Assembly: GCA_012295275.1 (NCBI GenBank)
Contig: CM022671.1
Span: 2,170,001-2,234,000, forward strand
DNA from: Chrysomallon squamiferum
Lineage: Eukaryota; Animalia; Mollusca
Direction: 5' to 3'
Length of the DNA stretch: 64,000 nucleotides
Part shown: in pieces, positions 1 to 12,919 of the stretch
Layout: the number at the start of each line of letters is the position of its first letter
How positions within the stretch are numbered: position 1 is the first letter of the stretch
Notes under the pieces: generated by a model
What the model saw: the letters and a program-made list of their open reading frames with translations, nothing else
Told to the model about the DNA's origin: nothing
Database searches by the model: none
Program-made: the position numbers and the translations under genes

Positions 1-633
1 TGGTTTTTTGTATCAATAAATACATTTACATCTATATGTGTCTGTGTGTGTGTCTGTATATTTATCAAATTCATTTATTTTGTTATTTATTTAGTATTTA
101 TATATACGTAGTTTGTGTGCTCTGGATTCTTATCTTATCTCTAGACAGATTATACAAATATAGAGAATCGTTTTATTCATATTAGGCATTACTTTGATGT
201 TTTGTTTATAAATTAATAAAAAAAAAAATTAAAAAAATAGGTTTCTAATTAACTGTTTATTCTTTTCGTTTTAAGTTAGTGTATATCTACAAATGTTCTG
301 CAGTCCGTCACAGATTACCATTTTTCTTACATGATTTGTGTAGTTGATAGTCAAAACCTAGACACTCAAGTTAGAAATGCATTTCAGAACGGATGCAGCA
401 ATGATAATTACAGCTAATTCGTTGGTTGCTTCTTTGGGAAAAATGTACTAAAAAATCAGAACAACGGATAATATCGGATATACTAGAAAAGACAGCAAAG
501 TCGCACATATAACGTAATTTATTGTAGAAAGTAATTGTTTATCATAGTAGGCACTGCAAGGATTATCTCACCGCAAAGCTGTTTAACACGAAATATCAAA
601 CACGATACAGCAGATAGTGGAAGAATATACAGT
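1..633 (+). repeat. Dispersed direct duplication, partner at 47729-48412; carries the 3' part of a disabled multi-TM ORF on the minus strand
   Basis: TGGTTTTTTGTATCAATAAATACATTTACATCTAT at 1 and 47729; colinear through GCAGATAGTGGAAGAAT (~610-625 vs ~48389-48404). Confidence 0.9.
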
Positions 634-785
634 GTTTTTTCTTCTTTTTTCACAAAGGCTGTTGTCTTTAAATCTGAAAATCAGTTATTATTAAATAAGT
701 AAAATAACAATAACAAGAACAATTTAAAAAATATATAAAACGGCACAAAACTAAATAATATCTGTCTCAGAAAAAGAGAATTAAC

Positions 786-818
<33 letters not shown>

Positions 819-940
819 TATAATAATAATAATGACATTAATGATGATGATGATGATCACTGTAAGAAATACCAGAAATGAAAAAACAAAAACTAAAACA
901 AACAAACAATTAACAAAGGAAACATTAAAAACCAACTTAC

Positions 941-1046
941 AACTATGAGAAGGTTCTACATGTTTACAAGCCAGCACCGCATCACATTAATCAGTATGTA
1001 CCACAAAAAAAGATAATAAGGAAAATGAGGAAAATGAATTGTCCAT
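941..1046 (-). pseudogene. Probable degenerate transmembrane exon of the minus-strand EGF gene
   Basis: Reads DGQFIFLIFLIIFF, then with one extra T in the T-run LWYILINVMRCWLVNM*. The acceptor is TG instead of AG; GTAAGT lies at 935-940. A homologous relic (YILIHIM*CWVV) sits at ~55895-55942, downstream of the paralogous exon. Confidence 0.4.
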
Positions 1047-1302
1047 CAGAATTTGTTTATTTTGATAATGTCCATGATAAATTATTTTTTTAAAAATGGT
1101 AAATAAAATGTAGTTAAAAAAAATAAAAACAAAAAGCAATTAGAAAAGGAAAGGAAGAAATCAAAACAGAAGAAAGTTAAAACAAAAAAATTAAATAAGC
1201 AAAGAATTTTTTAAAACTTTGTTAGGAGACAAAAAGGATTTAAAAAAAAAAAAAAAAAAATAGAACAAAGAAATATTTTTGACTAAATTACATGTTACTC
1301 AC

Positions 1303-2287
1303 CTGTGTTGATATCGTATGGCCTCTCAGTCTTGATACACACATCATCTTCTATACCATCATTACAGTGACACTTCCCATCAAAGAAACATTCTTCGTCC
1401 AGACACAGTTTACTGCATGTTTCATTACAAAAATTCCCCCACCATCCTTTCTGACAGCCATCGAGACACTCCCCTGTGTGGCGACCACAAACGGATTCGT
1501 TTGGAATGGTTGATGAACAGTTTCTCGTACAACGTTTTGTACAATTCTCTCCCCAGAAACCAATTTCGCATTTATGGCATATACCTGTTGTTTCATTACA
1601 ACCGCCGACATCACAGTTGTTGCATTGGTCTGTACAGTTGTCTCCGTACCAGCCAGGTAAACATGATTGACATTGTCCTTTGCATTCCAAACAGTTGTAA
1701 GACCAAGTAGATAAACTACGCAAATGTTCAGTTTTCATATCTGTTTCTGGGGGGAAAATAAATAATAATAATAAACCTATTTTATTTTTTAATGCCATTA
1801 ATATTCAAGTGTCACTAACTCTACAACAATGACCAAATTAACTCATTCATTACAGTATAATTATTAGTATAATTAGTAAATCACTTGTATTTTATTCACC
1901 TGTGTCGCATTTTCCGGTAACACGATGACAATTCTTGCCGTTTCCACAGATATTACATTTCTTATTACAGTGTCGTCCGAAGAATTCAGGTATACATTTA
2001 GTACAGTTTCTCTCGCAGTAAGAACAGTATCCAATAACACCAGACCCTGTAAACACAATACAAACATTAATACTTTTCATAATGAACAATACAATATAAA
2101 ATATGTCAATAAATTTATAATTATTATTGTTGTTGTTGTTGTTGTTGTTGTTCTTCTTCTTCTTCTTCTTCTTCTTCTTATTATTATTATTATTATTATC
2201 ATCATTATTATTATTATTATTATTACCTTCTATCAAGAAGCAGAATAATATTATAAAAAGACCATACAGCATCATCTTTAGCTCCAT
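1303..2287 (-). CDS. EGF-repeat (MEGF/SREC/CED-1-like) gene, N-terminal type A; exons 2287-2227 (signal peptide MELKMMLYGLFIILFCFLIEG), 2046-1900, 1746-1303; 3' end degenerate
   Basis: Exon lengths 61/147/444 nt with GT-AG junctions, all phase 1 and open. Repeated CxxGWYG/GWWG/GFWGxxC motifs. Confidence 0.8.
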
Positions 2288-3299
2288 AGTCACCCAGCTC
2301 AGTAACAAACTAAATTAATCAGAACATTGACGAAGAAACAGTGTTCAGTGAGTTCTCGGAAAATTACCTTTTACCGAGAACTGTAATCTGATCTGATAGT
2401 CCAACAAAACATCCTTTGTATGGTGCTATAGCTACTCAGTACACAGGCTGTCTTTGTATCAGATTACTATTCGGGGTATTACAAACTAACAGTCTACATA
2501 ACGAGATACAAACTGTTCGATCAATTGTCACCGCTATTTATCGTTACTCACAAGACTATCGATATATTTAAACATTACACTCGTACCAGGTTTTTTTAAT
2601 TAAAACTAAAATAAAAGTTTCTTATACATTACAGTGTATTGACTTGATGATAAAATAAATACGTGTGTCTGGGCATATACAACTAGTATATAAATATAAT
2701 TATGTTGTCCTCTGTTTTCTTTTTATTTATTATTTTGATCTTTTATGTTTTCTGATGCTTTATTTAATGTGAGCACATACATATAAAGCCAAAGTTGTAA
2801 AGCTAGGACTTAAAAATATCAACTTAGATAACATTACATAATTATTTCTTTGTTTTCCATCTCTGATATTAAAGCTTAAACGAGCAAATCTTTTCTTTTA
2901 AATACTGAAATATTTCCCAGAATAACATCATAAGGATTGACTTGGTAAGTTAATTACACCTTTCGGTCACTGTTTATACAGTATTTGTTTGTTGTTTTTT
3001 TGGGGGTTCTTTTTTAACGCCTCTACAGTATACATTGTCTTGTTCTTGTTTTGTTTTTTACATACGTTCTTCGCTTGTAATCACAAACACACACACACAT
3101 ACAGGTGTCCTCGAAAAAGTCAGGCATCCCATAACGCAGACGCGTTAAACAACACAAGACACGGTTGAGCATGTTACTAATGACCTGCCTTGAATAATAC
3201 ATGTAGGAAATAATAGAATAGTCTGATACAACTAAATATATAAACAAAATTATATAAAATTAGATTTATTTCAAGATTTTAACATGTCTATTTTTATGC

Positions 3300-3720
3300 T
3301 AATTTTAAAAGATGTCCAACGGCATCCAATAACTGAATGGGCTATGCCTTTCATAAAAATGGATTTTGCAGTCTGTAGAACTACAATTTGCTCATCTGCA
3401 GAGAACACAATTTCATCGCAAGTCTGTGGAGGGCAGAACTTATCTCTGTCTGTACAGTGCACTGCTCATACTGGGAAAGGAAGGCAAACGAGGAACAGTT
3501 TATGATGGTTTCTTTGGAACCTCATCAATGTATATTTGCTTCATTGCTGTTGTTTCTTCTCTTGCTCGAGCAACATTCGGGTCATTTGGAAGATGCTTGT
3601 GTTCTTTTGTGTTCAGTATAAAAATGACAAGTACCGTGCACTTCTCAAAACACGCTTTTCACATGCATCTGCAATGAAGACTTCCCCACTGTATGAAATC
3701 AGTAGATGTAAGAAAATACT
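3300..3720 (-). mobile_element. Degenerate Mutator/MULE transposase fragment (FLYWCH zinc finger plus start of the MULE domain)
   Basis: Minus strand reads YIY*FHTVGSLHCRCM*KAC...KEHKHLPND...RAREETTAMKQIY...LPSFPSMSSALYRQR..., then ADEQIVVLQTAKSIFMKG (cf. MULE IFMDGTF). Contains stops and a frameshift. Confidence 0.65.
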
Positions 3721-6336
3721 TTAAATATGTGCTGTGCAAAATAAAACAATACTGTGATGAAGTCAGACAGCTAATTGGTTAACACTAGCGGAGCACTAAA
3801 GCAGTCAGGGGTGTACAGATACATTTTATAACCCAATAAAGAATTTGGTATATCAAATGATATGTCTGTCGTTCTGGAGGGAACCCCACACACACATATA
3901 TAATTATATAATTGTTAGTGTCGCTTTTGTAACATTCTGCCTGGCGTTGTTTTTTTGTCAAGTTTTATTTTAACTCTGTGATGGAAAAAGAATACACATA
4001 TGGCCACAAAGCATTATCTAGATAGATAGAGGAGGTAGAGAGACAAATAGGCAGATACAACGTTTATAGATAGATAATAATACATGGAGATAAAGAAATA
4101 TACTGACTATAATAAGCAGACACAGACGTACACATGAAGATAGAGAGACACACGGATGACAGATGGATAGACACCATATATATAGGGAGATAGAAAGATA
4201 GACTGATTATAGAGATATACATGAAGATAGATACTCTGATTACAGTTACTCAGGCAGACAAACATATATTTTCTCTTCCAGAAGTGCCAATACTGTTAGC
4301 TTACTTAATAATCAAATAAACGTATTTGCAGTCTACATTTAAATAGCATCCTTATATTCAAAGAAATCGTGCAGATAATAAAAGCTGAAACCGAACCACT
4401 TTTTGACTGACTTCTGTTTTATTTTACTAAAAGTAAGGATTTTTTTGTATAAAGCTGTATATAGTTTGTTCATAGACATTTTATACTCTCACAGTATTTT
4501 TATTACAACAGCAGTAATATTAGTAAAGCTAAACAGTCTTTGTATTGTCCAGAAAAATCTCCTGAAACAGCAAATTATGAAGAAATTTTAAATTATTTTG
4601 TTTTATTCTTTCGTTCGTTCGTTCACTTTTAGTTCCGAATTCCGTAATTTCCTAATTAATTTTCCCAATTTGTTTAACTTTTGCCATTGTCTATAGTGTC
4701 TTGAAACGACATATAGTTTGATTACTGTTCTAAATGTTAAATTATTCCATTCATTTCTTTTTGGTATATTGTTTTCTCGAAATAAAGCATTTTATTACAT
4801 TTTTTTATTATATACTGCGATAGTGTACATTAATAGTATACACTAATCTCGTCCTAAAATAGCCAGTCAGAATTGGTAGAAACAAATTCAGTACTGCGTA
4901 TCTTTCAAACAAAACTAAGTTTCGCCGTTTCTCAAAGTAAACGTTTACGTAGCTTGTTTATCTCTGTGTTAGTGTATGGGGATAAAACAACAGATGTATA
5001 AATAAAATAACTGTGAAGATTTTCTCTGGGTGTTTATTCACTGGAAATATCATGCGCTGTGGAAACAGTGACCCAAAGGTGTAATTAGTCATTCCTTATG
5101 ACGTCATGATGAGAAATATTTCAGTATTTAAAAGAAAAGGTTTGCTCGTTTAAGCTTCATTGATAGAAAAAAAAAAAATTGTATAAAACCATTTAAGTTA
5201 CTATGGATATGTATCAGTACTTTAGTGTCCAGTTATAAGTAATAGCTTTACAAATATTACTTTATTTATATCTACAGGCTTATGTATATATATCTACGAA
5301 TGTATGCATATTAAATAAAGGAACGGACAAAGTAACTGCAAATTAAAAATAAAACATTCAACTTAAGACGTATATGATGAAATGAATGAAGTTTTTTTTC
5401 TTTTCTTGTTTTTTTTCTTATCTCGGTTTTTTTTTTTTTTTTTTTCTTCTTCTTTTCTTTTAACTTCATTGTTTCTTGATTTTTTTATTTTATTTTCTTT
5501 CGTTCATTCCTTTTCAGTTATCTATATATCTATTTATTTATTTTGTAACCTTTGGTCACCAAAGGAAAATGCACATAAACTAGGTTCAGTATCTTAAGTA
5601 CCACGAAGAAGGAAATCTATAGCCATACATTAATGATTAATATAATGCTCTAAGTAGCTTCTTTCTTTCTTATATTTTTAAAAATATTTTCACAAAAAAT
5701 AATAAATGAATTAATTAATTTATGTTTTCATGCTCATTTTCACAAAACATATTTTGATTTTCTGATTTTTAAATATAATGTCTTTATAACAAGATTCATC
5801 TTCATGTTTTTAACATTGTTGTATTGTTATATAGCAATAGTGCTAGTAGTAATTGTTGTTTATATTTATTTAATTAATCATTTTATTTTAGCTGTTTTAT
5901 GTATATATGTATGTAATTAAACATAGTTAATATTTATATATTACATCAACTACATAGTCTTAGTGTCTTGTCTGGTTTAGTTTATAAAGATATTAATCCA
6001 ATAAGAATAAAATAATCACTTAAAAATTGGCTGTAATTAGTCGATAGCATTCCGAGACTAAAAATAAATAGATGAGTGAATGAATGAAATAAATTAACAT
6101 AAAAGAAAAGTAATCTAACTATGTGTCATATCTAGACACTATAGACAATGGCAACATTTAAACAAATTGGGAAAGTTAATTAGGAAATCATAGAATTAGG
6201 AATTAAAGAAATAAATTTAAAATTAACTGTCATCAGTCGATTGAATTCCGAGACTTAAACTGAGTAATTTAACAAAAAAGAAAAGAACAACGTAACCGGA
6301 ACACATCTTTCATTTCTTGATATTTTGCTGTTTCAG

Positions 6337-6698
6337 GAGTATAAAGAAAAGGTGTAAAAACATGGGAGTTCTTCTCCTCTTACTCTTTACTGTACCATCC
6401 GTGTATTCTGTAGTGAAACCTCACTGTAAAGTACCCGGTGAATATAAACAGCATTCTTCCACACTCTGTCAAAGTGGATGTGAAGATGGATGGCAAGAAA
6501 TCCAGTGTAGACGAAGATGTCCTGAGTCCTGTCTCAAATGTGATCGTGTGACTGGAAACTGTTCTGGACAGTGCAAAGACGGTTATTTTGGAGTCAGTTG
6601 TTCATTTGTGTGTTTGGAATGTTAACAGTGTGACGCAGATGGTGTCTGTATTAACAGTGAAACCACTGGAAATAGTACAACACCAGCAGCATATATCT
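6337..6698 (+). pseudogene. Type B EGF exon (signal peptide MGVLLLLLFTVPSVYS + EGF repeats + S/T stalk), ATG 6362, premature TAA 6623-6625
   Basis: TTTCAG acceptor and phase-1 GTGAGT donor at 6699. The paralog at 37883 has TCA (Ser) at the stop position. Confidence 0.85.
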
Positions 6699-7574
6699 GT
6701 GAGTTACCTTACTGTATTATTGTTCAGTCCTAGATTATAATTTTAAATTTTTATTTATTTATTTATTTATTTATTTATTTTTTGTTTGTTTGTTTGTTTG
6801 CTTGTTTGTGTTAATTTATTTGTTATTTAATTTGTTAGATACTAAATGACTGATACTGATGATAATGCTACTGATATTGTTACTATTTACTTATTTATAT
6901 AATTAATTATAACAACAATGATAACTACAACTACTTCTATTACTAGCTCTACTAACATTGCTGTTGCTGCTGTAATAAAAATACGGTGAAAGTATGAAGC
7001 AGGTCTGCAAGGAATGTTTAAAATAAATGTATCAGGATGAACAAAATAAAAGTAAAGTTAGGGTATAAAATAGGTGCAAAATGAGAGCATAAAATAAATG
7101 CATAGTGAAAGTATAAAATAAGTTTAAAGTGATGTCTAAAAATGGGTGCAGTGAATAATATATATGTAATAAGTGCATGGTGAAGTATATAAGTGAACAG
7201 TGAGCGTATAAACATTAATGTGTTTATAGTGAGTGTATAAAAATACTACTTGTCCAATGAACGTATCCAAAATAAAACTAGTTCTGTGAGAGTACAAAGT
7301 AAATGTTCACAGAAGGTACTCTCAACAATGTTCATTGAATAAATAATAAATATTTACATCGGAAAGAAATAAAAAAAACTAGTACCCCAAGAAACAACAG
7401 CAACAACACTAATACAACTGTAGTGTTAATCTGTTGGTATATTATTACAGACAAAGAAGCGTAAATATAGTTGTAGTGTTAATAAGTTAGAAGACTGTTA
7501 TAGACACTGAATACTGTATAGTTATCTAAAGATATTCACTCAAGTGTGAAATGTGAGTCATTTTATACAAATTA

Positions 7575-7767
7575 TATATTACGTTAAAAGGTACATGAAA
7601 AGGATCATTTGTTGATTACCAGCACAGACTTACCTCGCGTGACTGCTCAGATTAACAGATAAAAGGTCTTTTCTGAGGACTCCTTGAATGTTTATCTAGA
7701 AAAGGCGATATTTCTATTTGCTGATCAATGATCTTGTTATGTTATTCTGTAACTGAGCTGGGTGACC
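7575..7767 (+). promoter_or_regulatory. Conserved upstream/5'UTR module of type A genes
   Basis: AAAAGGTACATG..CCAGCACAGACTTACCTC..GCTCAGATTAACAG..CTGAGCTGGGTGAC recurs at ~39105-39300 (+), ~52680-52820 (+, 5' part only), ~57225-57400 (-) and ~2290-2420 (-). It directly precedes the signal exon where that exon survives. Confidence 0.5.
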
Positions 7768-7825
7768 ATGGAACTAAAAAACATGCTTCTTCTTTTTATA
7801 CTACTATTCTACTTCTTGATAGAAG
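7768..7825 (+). pseudogene. Orphan type A signal-peptide exon (MELKNMLLLFILLFYFLIEG), donor GC rather than GT
   Basis: Homologous to exon 2287-2227 and followed by the same (AAT)n. No type A EGF exons are seen downstream, although the gap at 8739 limits certainty. Confidence 0.7.
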
Positions 7826-7827
7826 GC

Positions 7828-7878
<51 letters not shown>

Positions 7879-8738
7879 TCATTTCTTTCTTTCTTTCTTT
7901 ATTTATATATGTTAATATGACAAACAATCGGTGTAATACATAATATGAATGGAAGTTTTGTATTTAGAAGTCTTGTAAATTAATTAAAATTATTTCTTCA
8001 TCTTTAATCTTTCTTTCTTTACTCCTTTGTGCTTCTCTTTTTTCTTTATTTCTTTCGGATTTTATTTACCGCTTATTTTATTATTTCTTCTATCTTTCTC
8101 GTAGTATCTTTTAAATTTATTTATCATATTTCATACACACAAGTCAGTAACATTGTAACTGTTTTTTATTCAAGATATTTACACACGTAAATGTGTTTTT
8201 TCGTTATTTCTTCTCTCTCCATCCTTTCTCTTTACTACTTATTATCTTGAAAACAAATAAATTGTCAACTGAAAGATTTTTCTTATGTAATTTGTATTTC
8301 ATTCTTATATTTATTTATTTATTGATATATTCAAAAACAACAACTACAACAACAAAAAAAAAAAAAACGTTCGTTACAAGGCATACTATTTCTAACACGT
8401 AACATTTTTATATTTGTTATAATATTAATTTAAAAAACACAAACAAAACACTGTCATCTGTAGACGTTATAACATACTTATGTCGTAAAGCTAACCAATA
8501 ATACACAAATGACTTTTGTCAGGTGTTTCGTTACGGATTATATGCACCAAGAAAAATGTCAGCTCTGTCGTCTTAACTACAGAAACACATTCACGTGTTT
8601 ATCAGAGGAAGCCGCTGTGAAGCAAGCCTTTCGTAGTCTTTTTCTCTTAAAAGACGGGGCTGAGCGTGTCTTTGTTACCAAACTTTTTCATACCAGTGGT
8701 ATAAAAATACAGATCTCCGTCTACGTAAAGAAATATAC

Positions 8739-8938
8739 NNNNNNNNNNNNNNNNNNNNNNNNNNNNNNNNNNNNNNNNNNNNNNNNNNNNNNNNNNNNNN
8801 NNNNNNNNNNNNNNNNNNNNNNNNNNNNNNNNNNNNNNNNNNNNNNNNNNNNNNNNNNNNNNNNNNNNNNNNNNNNNNNNNNNNNNNNNNNNNNNNNNNN
8901 NNNNNNNNNNNNNNNNNNNNNNNNNNNNNNNNNNNNNN
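8739..8938. other. Assembly gap (200 N)
   Basis: Run of N. Confidence 1.
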
Positions 8939-9518
8939 AAATATAACGATCATGCATTTTAACGTGGGATATTTTACACAAACCGGCATTTGAAAACAGA
9001 TTTTACATCCCTTTATTTATTTATTTGTTTGTTTGTTTATTTATTCGGTGTGCATTGTTGTATTTTCTTACCAGCACGAGACACTGTGCCAGCTATTCAC
9101 TTGAGAAAATGACATTTGGACTGCACCTGTATCACATGTTGTTTGTTTTCGTGCACTTACTGCAGATTTCAAGAAGAAAGCACGAATTATATAAAAACGT
9201 TTAACATTGATTTTACTAAGGTAAATATATGCATCGTGCTCTATATCTGTAAATACAAATATTTTATTTCGCAGAAATTATTTCTATGCATTTAAATGTT
9301 ATCATTACAATAGACAGACATTGGAGTTAAACAATACAGAGAAATATGCTGACATAAAGTGTCTGTAGAAAACATTTTCTTTTAATCTTCTGTTAATTGC
9401 ATTGTTATTATTGTCATTAGCTTCTTATCTCTTCTGTGAATGTACAAATAAATATTAACTTTAGCCAGCCAGGAGCATGTTCATGCTTACATAAACATTC
9501 ACACACAGGAACACAAAT

Positions 9519-9557
<39 letters not shown>

Positions 9558-9954
9558 TATTCATACACGGAAGAGATAAGAAGATAATGAATAAATTGTC
9601 TAAATGTTTGTGTGTAAATAAAATTCTATTTTTGTACAAAACGCAGCGGTTCTCTTTGATTCACACGGAGGTCACAGGTGAGAAACTTTCCTGGCTTTCA
9701 CAAGCGTTTGGCATCGGGGTATTGTAAGATACCTTTCCCCGTTGTCTTGTATTCTGTCATTATGTAGTGTAATCTTAATTAGAATTCAACACACTGATTT
9801 TAAACTAAGTTTCCCCAAAACCGTAAATAATCTAGTTGTTTTTTAATTTCTTGTGTAGGATTACAAAATATGTTTGTAAATTAATAAATAACTCAAGCAG
9901 TACTCTTGTTGGTGTCTTATTTATTTAGTGGATGTGTTATACTGTCAAAATAAT

Positions 9955-10870
9955 AATTTATTTATTTATTTATTTATTTATTTATATATCACCACAGAAT
10001 ATACATTATAAAATGTAGTACAGCTAATACATGCATATATATCAAAATATAAAAGTAAATAAATGTGTTAAAATTATCAGTACAAAAACAACCCAACACA
10101 AAAGGGGAAAAAAAGAAGAAGAAAAAGCCCACATAAATATTTTCTACATATTACTAGCAGTATTTGTTATATAAATACAAAGTGTGTGTTATGGTAACAA
10201 ATATACAAGAGTACATTATGGCAAAAATTAGATTGACAAATACATATAATCTTTGCATATTTTTGCATTTTTCATCCCTAAATAATTATGAACTATTTAT
10301 AATTTATGCAAATAATTTTGTACAAATATTCCATTCTTCAAATTTAATTGTTCTCTGTTATTTATTTTACATATATATTTATCTGTTTAATAATACATGT
10401 TCAGAATATATCCAGTCAAAGTTTGATTTATATCTGTAGTGCTTGGCAATTAACAATTTTAAATTGATTATATTATCTTTTTCAGAATAATTTTGTTGCG
10501 TAAAGTAATTGTCCATTTATTTGTTCTCATAAATTATAGTTTTCCAGGATGTCTGATCATGTTTACATAACCAAAAGATATCTATTAAATCTTCACTGAA
10601 CTTATGACAAAATTCACATTTCTCTGAATCCTTCATACCACATGATCCCAATTGCTTATTTCTTGTTAAAATAAATAATAAAATCTTTTTCTGAAAATAT
10701 CTATATCCTGTGTGAGAAGAAGTTATATACTTTCCCCCGTTTGTCAAATAATTCTAAATCAAAAATATGCTGCCATTTTATTATCGTATTTATTTTATGC
10801 TTTGAAATTGTTTCTATTACATGATCATTATAGAATTTTGTACAAACATTTGTATCAAACAGTTAGGAAT
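9955..10870 (-). mobile_element. 3' end of a decayed non-LTR retrotransposon (L1/Tx1-like ORF2 C-terminus with zf-RVT)
   Basis: FQKKILLFILTRNKQL..GMKDSEKCEFCHKFSEDLIDIFWLCKH..W, then LLIAKHYRYKS and KFEEW; (TAAA)n-like tail near 9955-9980 on the minus strand. Confidence 0.75.
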
Positions 10871-11027
10871 TCCTAGTGTATTTAATGTTACTTGTTTATA
10901 ATAGTTTTTAAAAATAAAAGTAAATGTGAGAAAACCGAAATAATATTTCTAATGGAGGTAATACTTGTATCATTCTTTAGGAGGATTGTTTAGTTAACTA
11001 CCGTTGTTTGTGTCTTTAAAAACACAC

Positions 11028-11076
<49 letters not shown>

Positions 11077-11833
11077 ACAGGCACAGGCACATCAACAAGA
11101 TGAATAATTATAATTCGGCATACAATTACTTTGCTTTTTCTAATTTTCTGTTTGCATAAATGGAGAGAAAGAAATTAATAAATATTCATACATGATTTAA
11201 AAAGGTAACAAAGAAAAAAAAAAACATATTTTAAAGATAAAAAAACAAACAAACAATTAAATAAATGAGCCCTTAACTAACTATAATAACAGTTTCAGCA
11301 TTCTGGTCTATTGCAATCTGGAGACGGTGTGATATTACAAAGTTCAGAGATTGTTTTACGTAGCATTTGTTTTATGAAGTTAATGTGTAGGTATGTAGCT
11401 TCACCCTTCTATTCTGCTACTGGAGTGTAAAATTGAAAATTAAAATTAATATCAGCATTCACCATTTATACAAATTTACAATAAAAATAAAATTTAAATG
11501 AAATGCTTTACCTGTCTTTGTGTATTTCTGTTTATTAGTCATCTATTTGTAGATATATTTTCCTGTGTCTGTCTCCTATCTATATCTATTTGCAGAAATA
11601 TTCATACATACATAGATACATACATAAATGCAAACACAGATACAGAGTATATATACATGCATATATGCAAGCATCCACAGAGATATTTATTTATCCAACC
11701 ATTCATGTTTCTATCATCTTTATTTTTACTTGACCATTTAAATATATACATTTCAGATGTAAATACTAAAAAAATTTAAAGTCCTGATTGCTAAGTCATA
11801 ACGCAACAACACAACAACAAAAATAAAAAATAA

Positions 11834-11932
<99 letters not shown>

Positions 11933-12171
11933 CATAAAAATAAAACCTAATGTAAATGTTTCCATAACACTGCTAGAAAATCTTTTAGGCAAGGTGAAAT
12001 TCTACAAATATTACAGGAAAATTACTTTTACAAAATATCACTCGAATGTTGATCTGTCTAGTTAACCAATGCCAAAATATACACAAGTACAACAGTCGAC
12101 CAGAACCAGATTATTTTCATCACTTTGTCTAAATACAGCAACTTGGTTTCGGTTTAAATATCTGGCGATTT

Positions 12172-12253
12172 CTAGTGAACATTTTGATTTCTGCTGCTAA
12201 AAGAACTGGAATGACAGCAACAAAAATCAAAATATACAGATTTACAGTAGGTA
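12172..12253 (-). pseudogene. Possible TM exon relic (xPTVNLYILIFVAVIPVLLAAEIKMFTR)
   Basis: Phase-1 AG acceptor followed by a hydrophobic run, downstream of the EGF relic at 14.4-14.8 kb. No clean donor found. Confidence 0.25.
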
Positions 12254-12686
12254 CTTAAATTCTTATATGCATACCTATGTTCCATTATTTCCAGATACAT
12301 ATTTATACCTAGGATGTATTTATGTGTTTCTATGTATGTATTTAGATAGGTAGGTAGGCAGGTATGCATGTAGGTGTGTGTATGTGTGTAAGCATGAATG
12401 TATGTATGTATTTATGTATGTATGTTTGAATGTATGTATGTATGTGTGCATATTTGCATCTGCTCTGTCAGTCGGTTTGTCTACATGTTTTGCTGTTTCC
12501 TTCTTTTCTTCCTTTCTTTATTTAGACACTTTCAAGAGACAATAGGCCGTTTTCTTTTTGTGCTTTTATTTATTTATTTATTTATTATTATTTTTATTAT
12601 TATAGTTTTTATAATTATTAGTACCTTTATGTTGTTGTTGCTGTTGTTCAAAACAAAAAGTAGGAAGATTTTATACAAAGTCCAAG

Positions 12687-12740
<54 letters not shown>

Positions 12741-12883
12741 TAAAATTAAATAAATAAATAAATTAATAAAGTAGTCAAGAAAAGATGAAGAAGGTAAGAC
12801 TAAGAAGGAAAAATAAGATAGCTCATGCACTCAAAAATAGCATTCAACTGAATGAGCATTTGACAGGTTTAAATAGAAGAAAA

Positions 12884-12919
<36 letters not shown>

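Larger units (their letters stand above)
2625..8738 (+). repeat. ~6.1 kb segmental duplication, copy 1 (partner 34061-40275); cut by the assembly gap
   Basis: Colinear with 34061-40275 from CATTACAGT-TATTGACTTGATG to CGTAAAGAAATATAC. Paired ORFs 6317/37863, 7018/38550, 8193/39731 and 8509/40046 are nearly identical. Confidence 0.95.

Noticed and set aside
1292-1710. Overlapping and antisense ORFs on EGF exons (also 28369, 28498, 29394, 29528, 56490, 61386-61755)
   Set aside because: Shadow frames of the Cys-rich coding strand.
3284-3724. Plus-strand ORFs (and 34825-35160) as host genes
   Set aside because: Antisense to a decayed MULE transposase frame.
8509-8989. ORFs spanning the N run
   Set aside because: Artefacts of the gap.
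11280-11420. Possible tail exon (GEATYLHI) of the minus-strand relic
   Set aside because: Early stop and no paralog in the window to support it.
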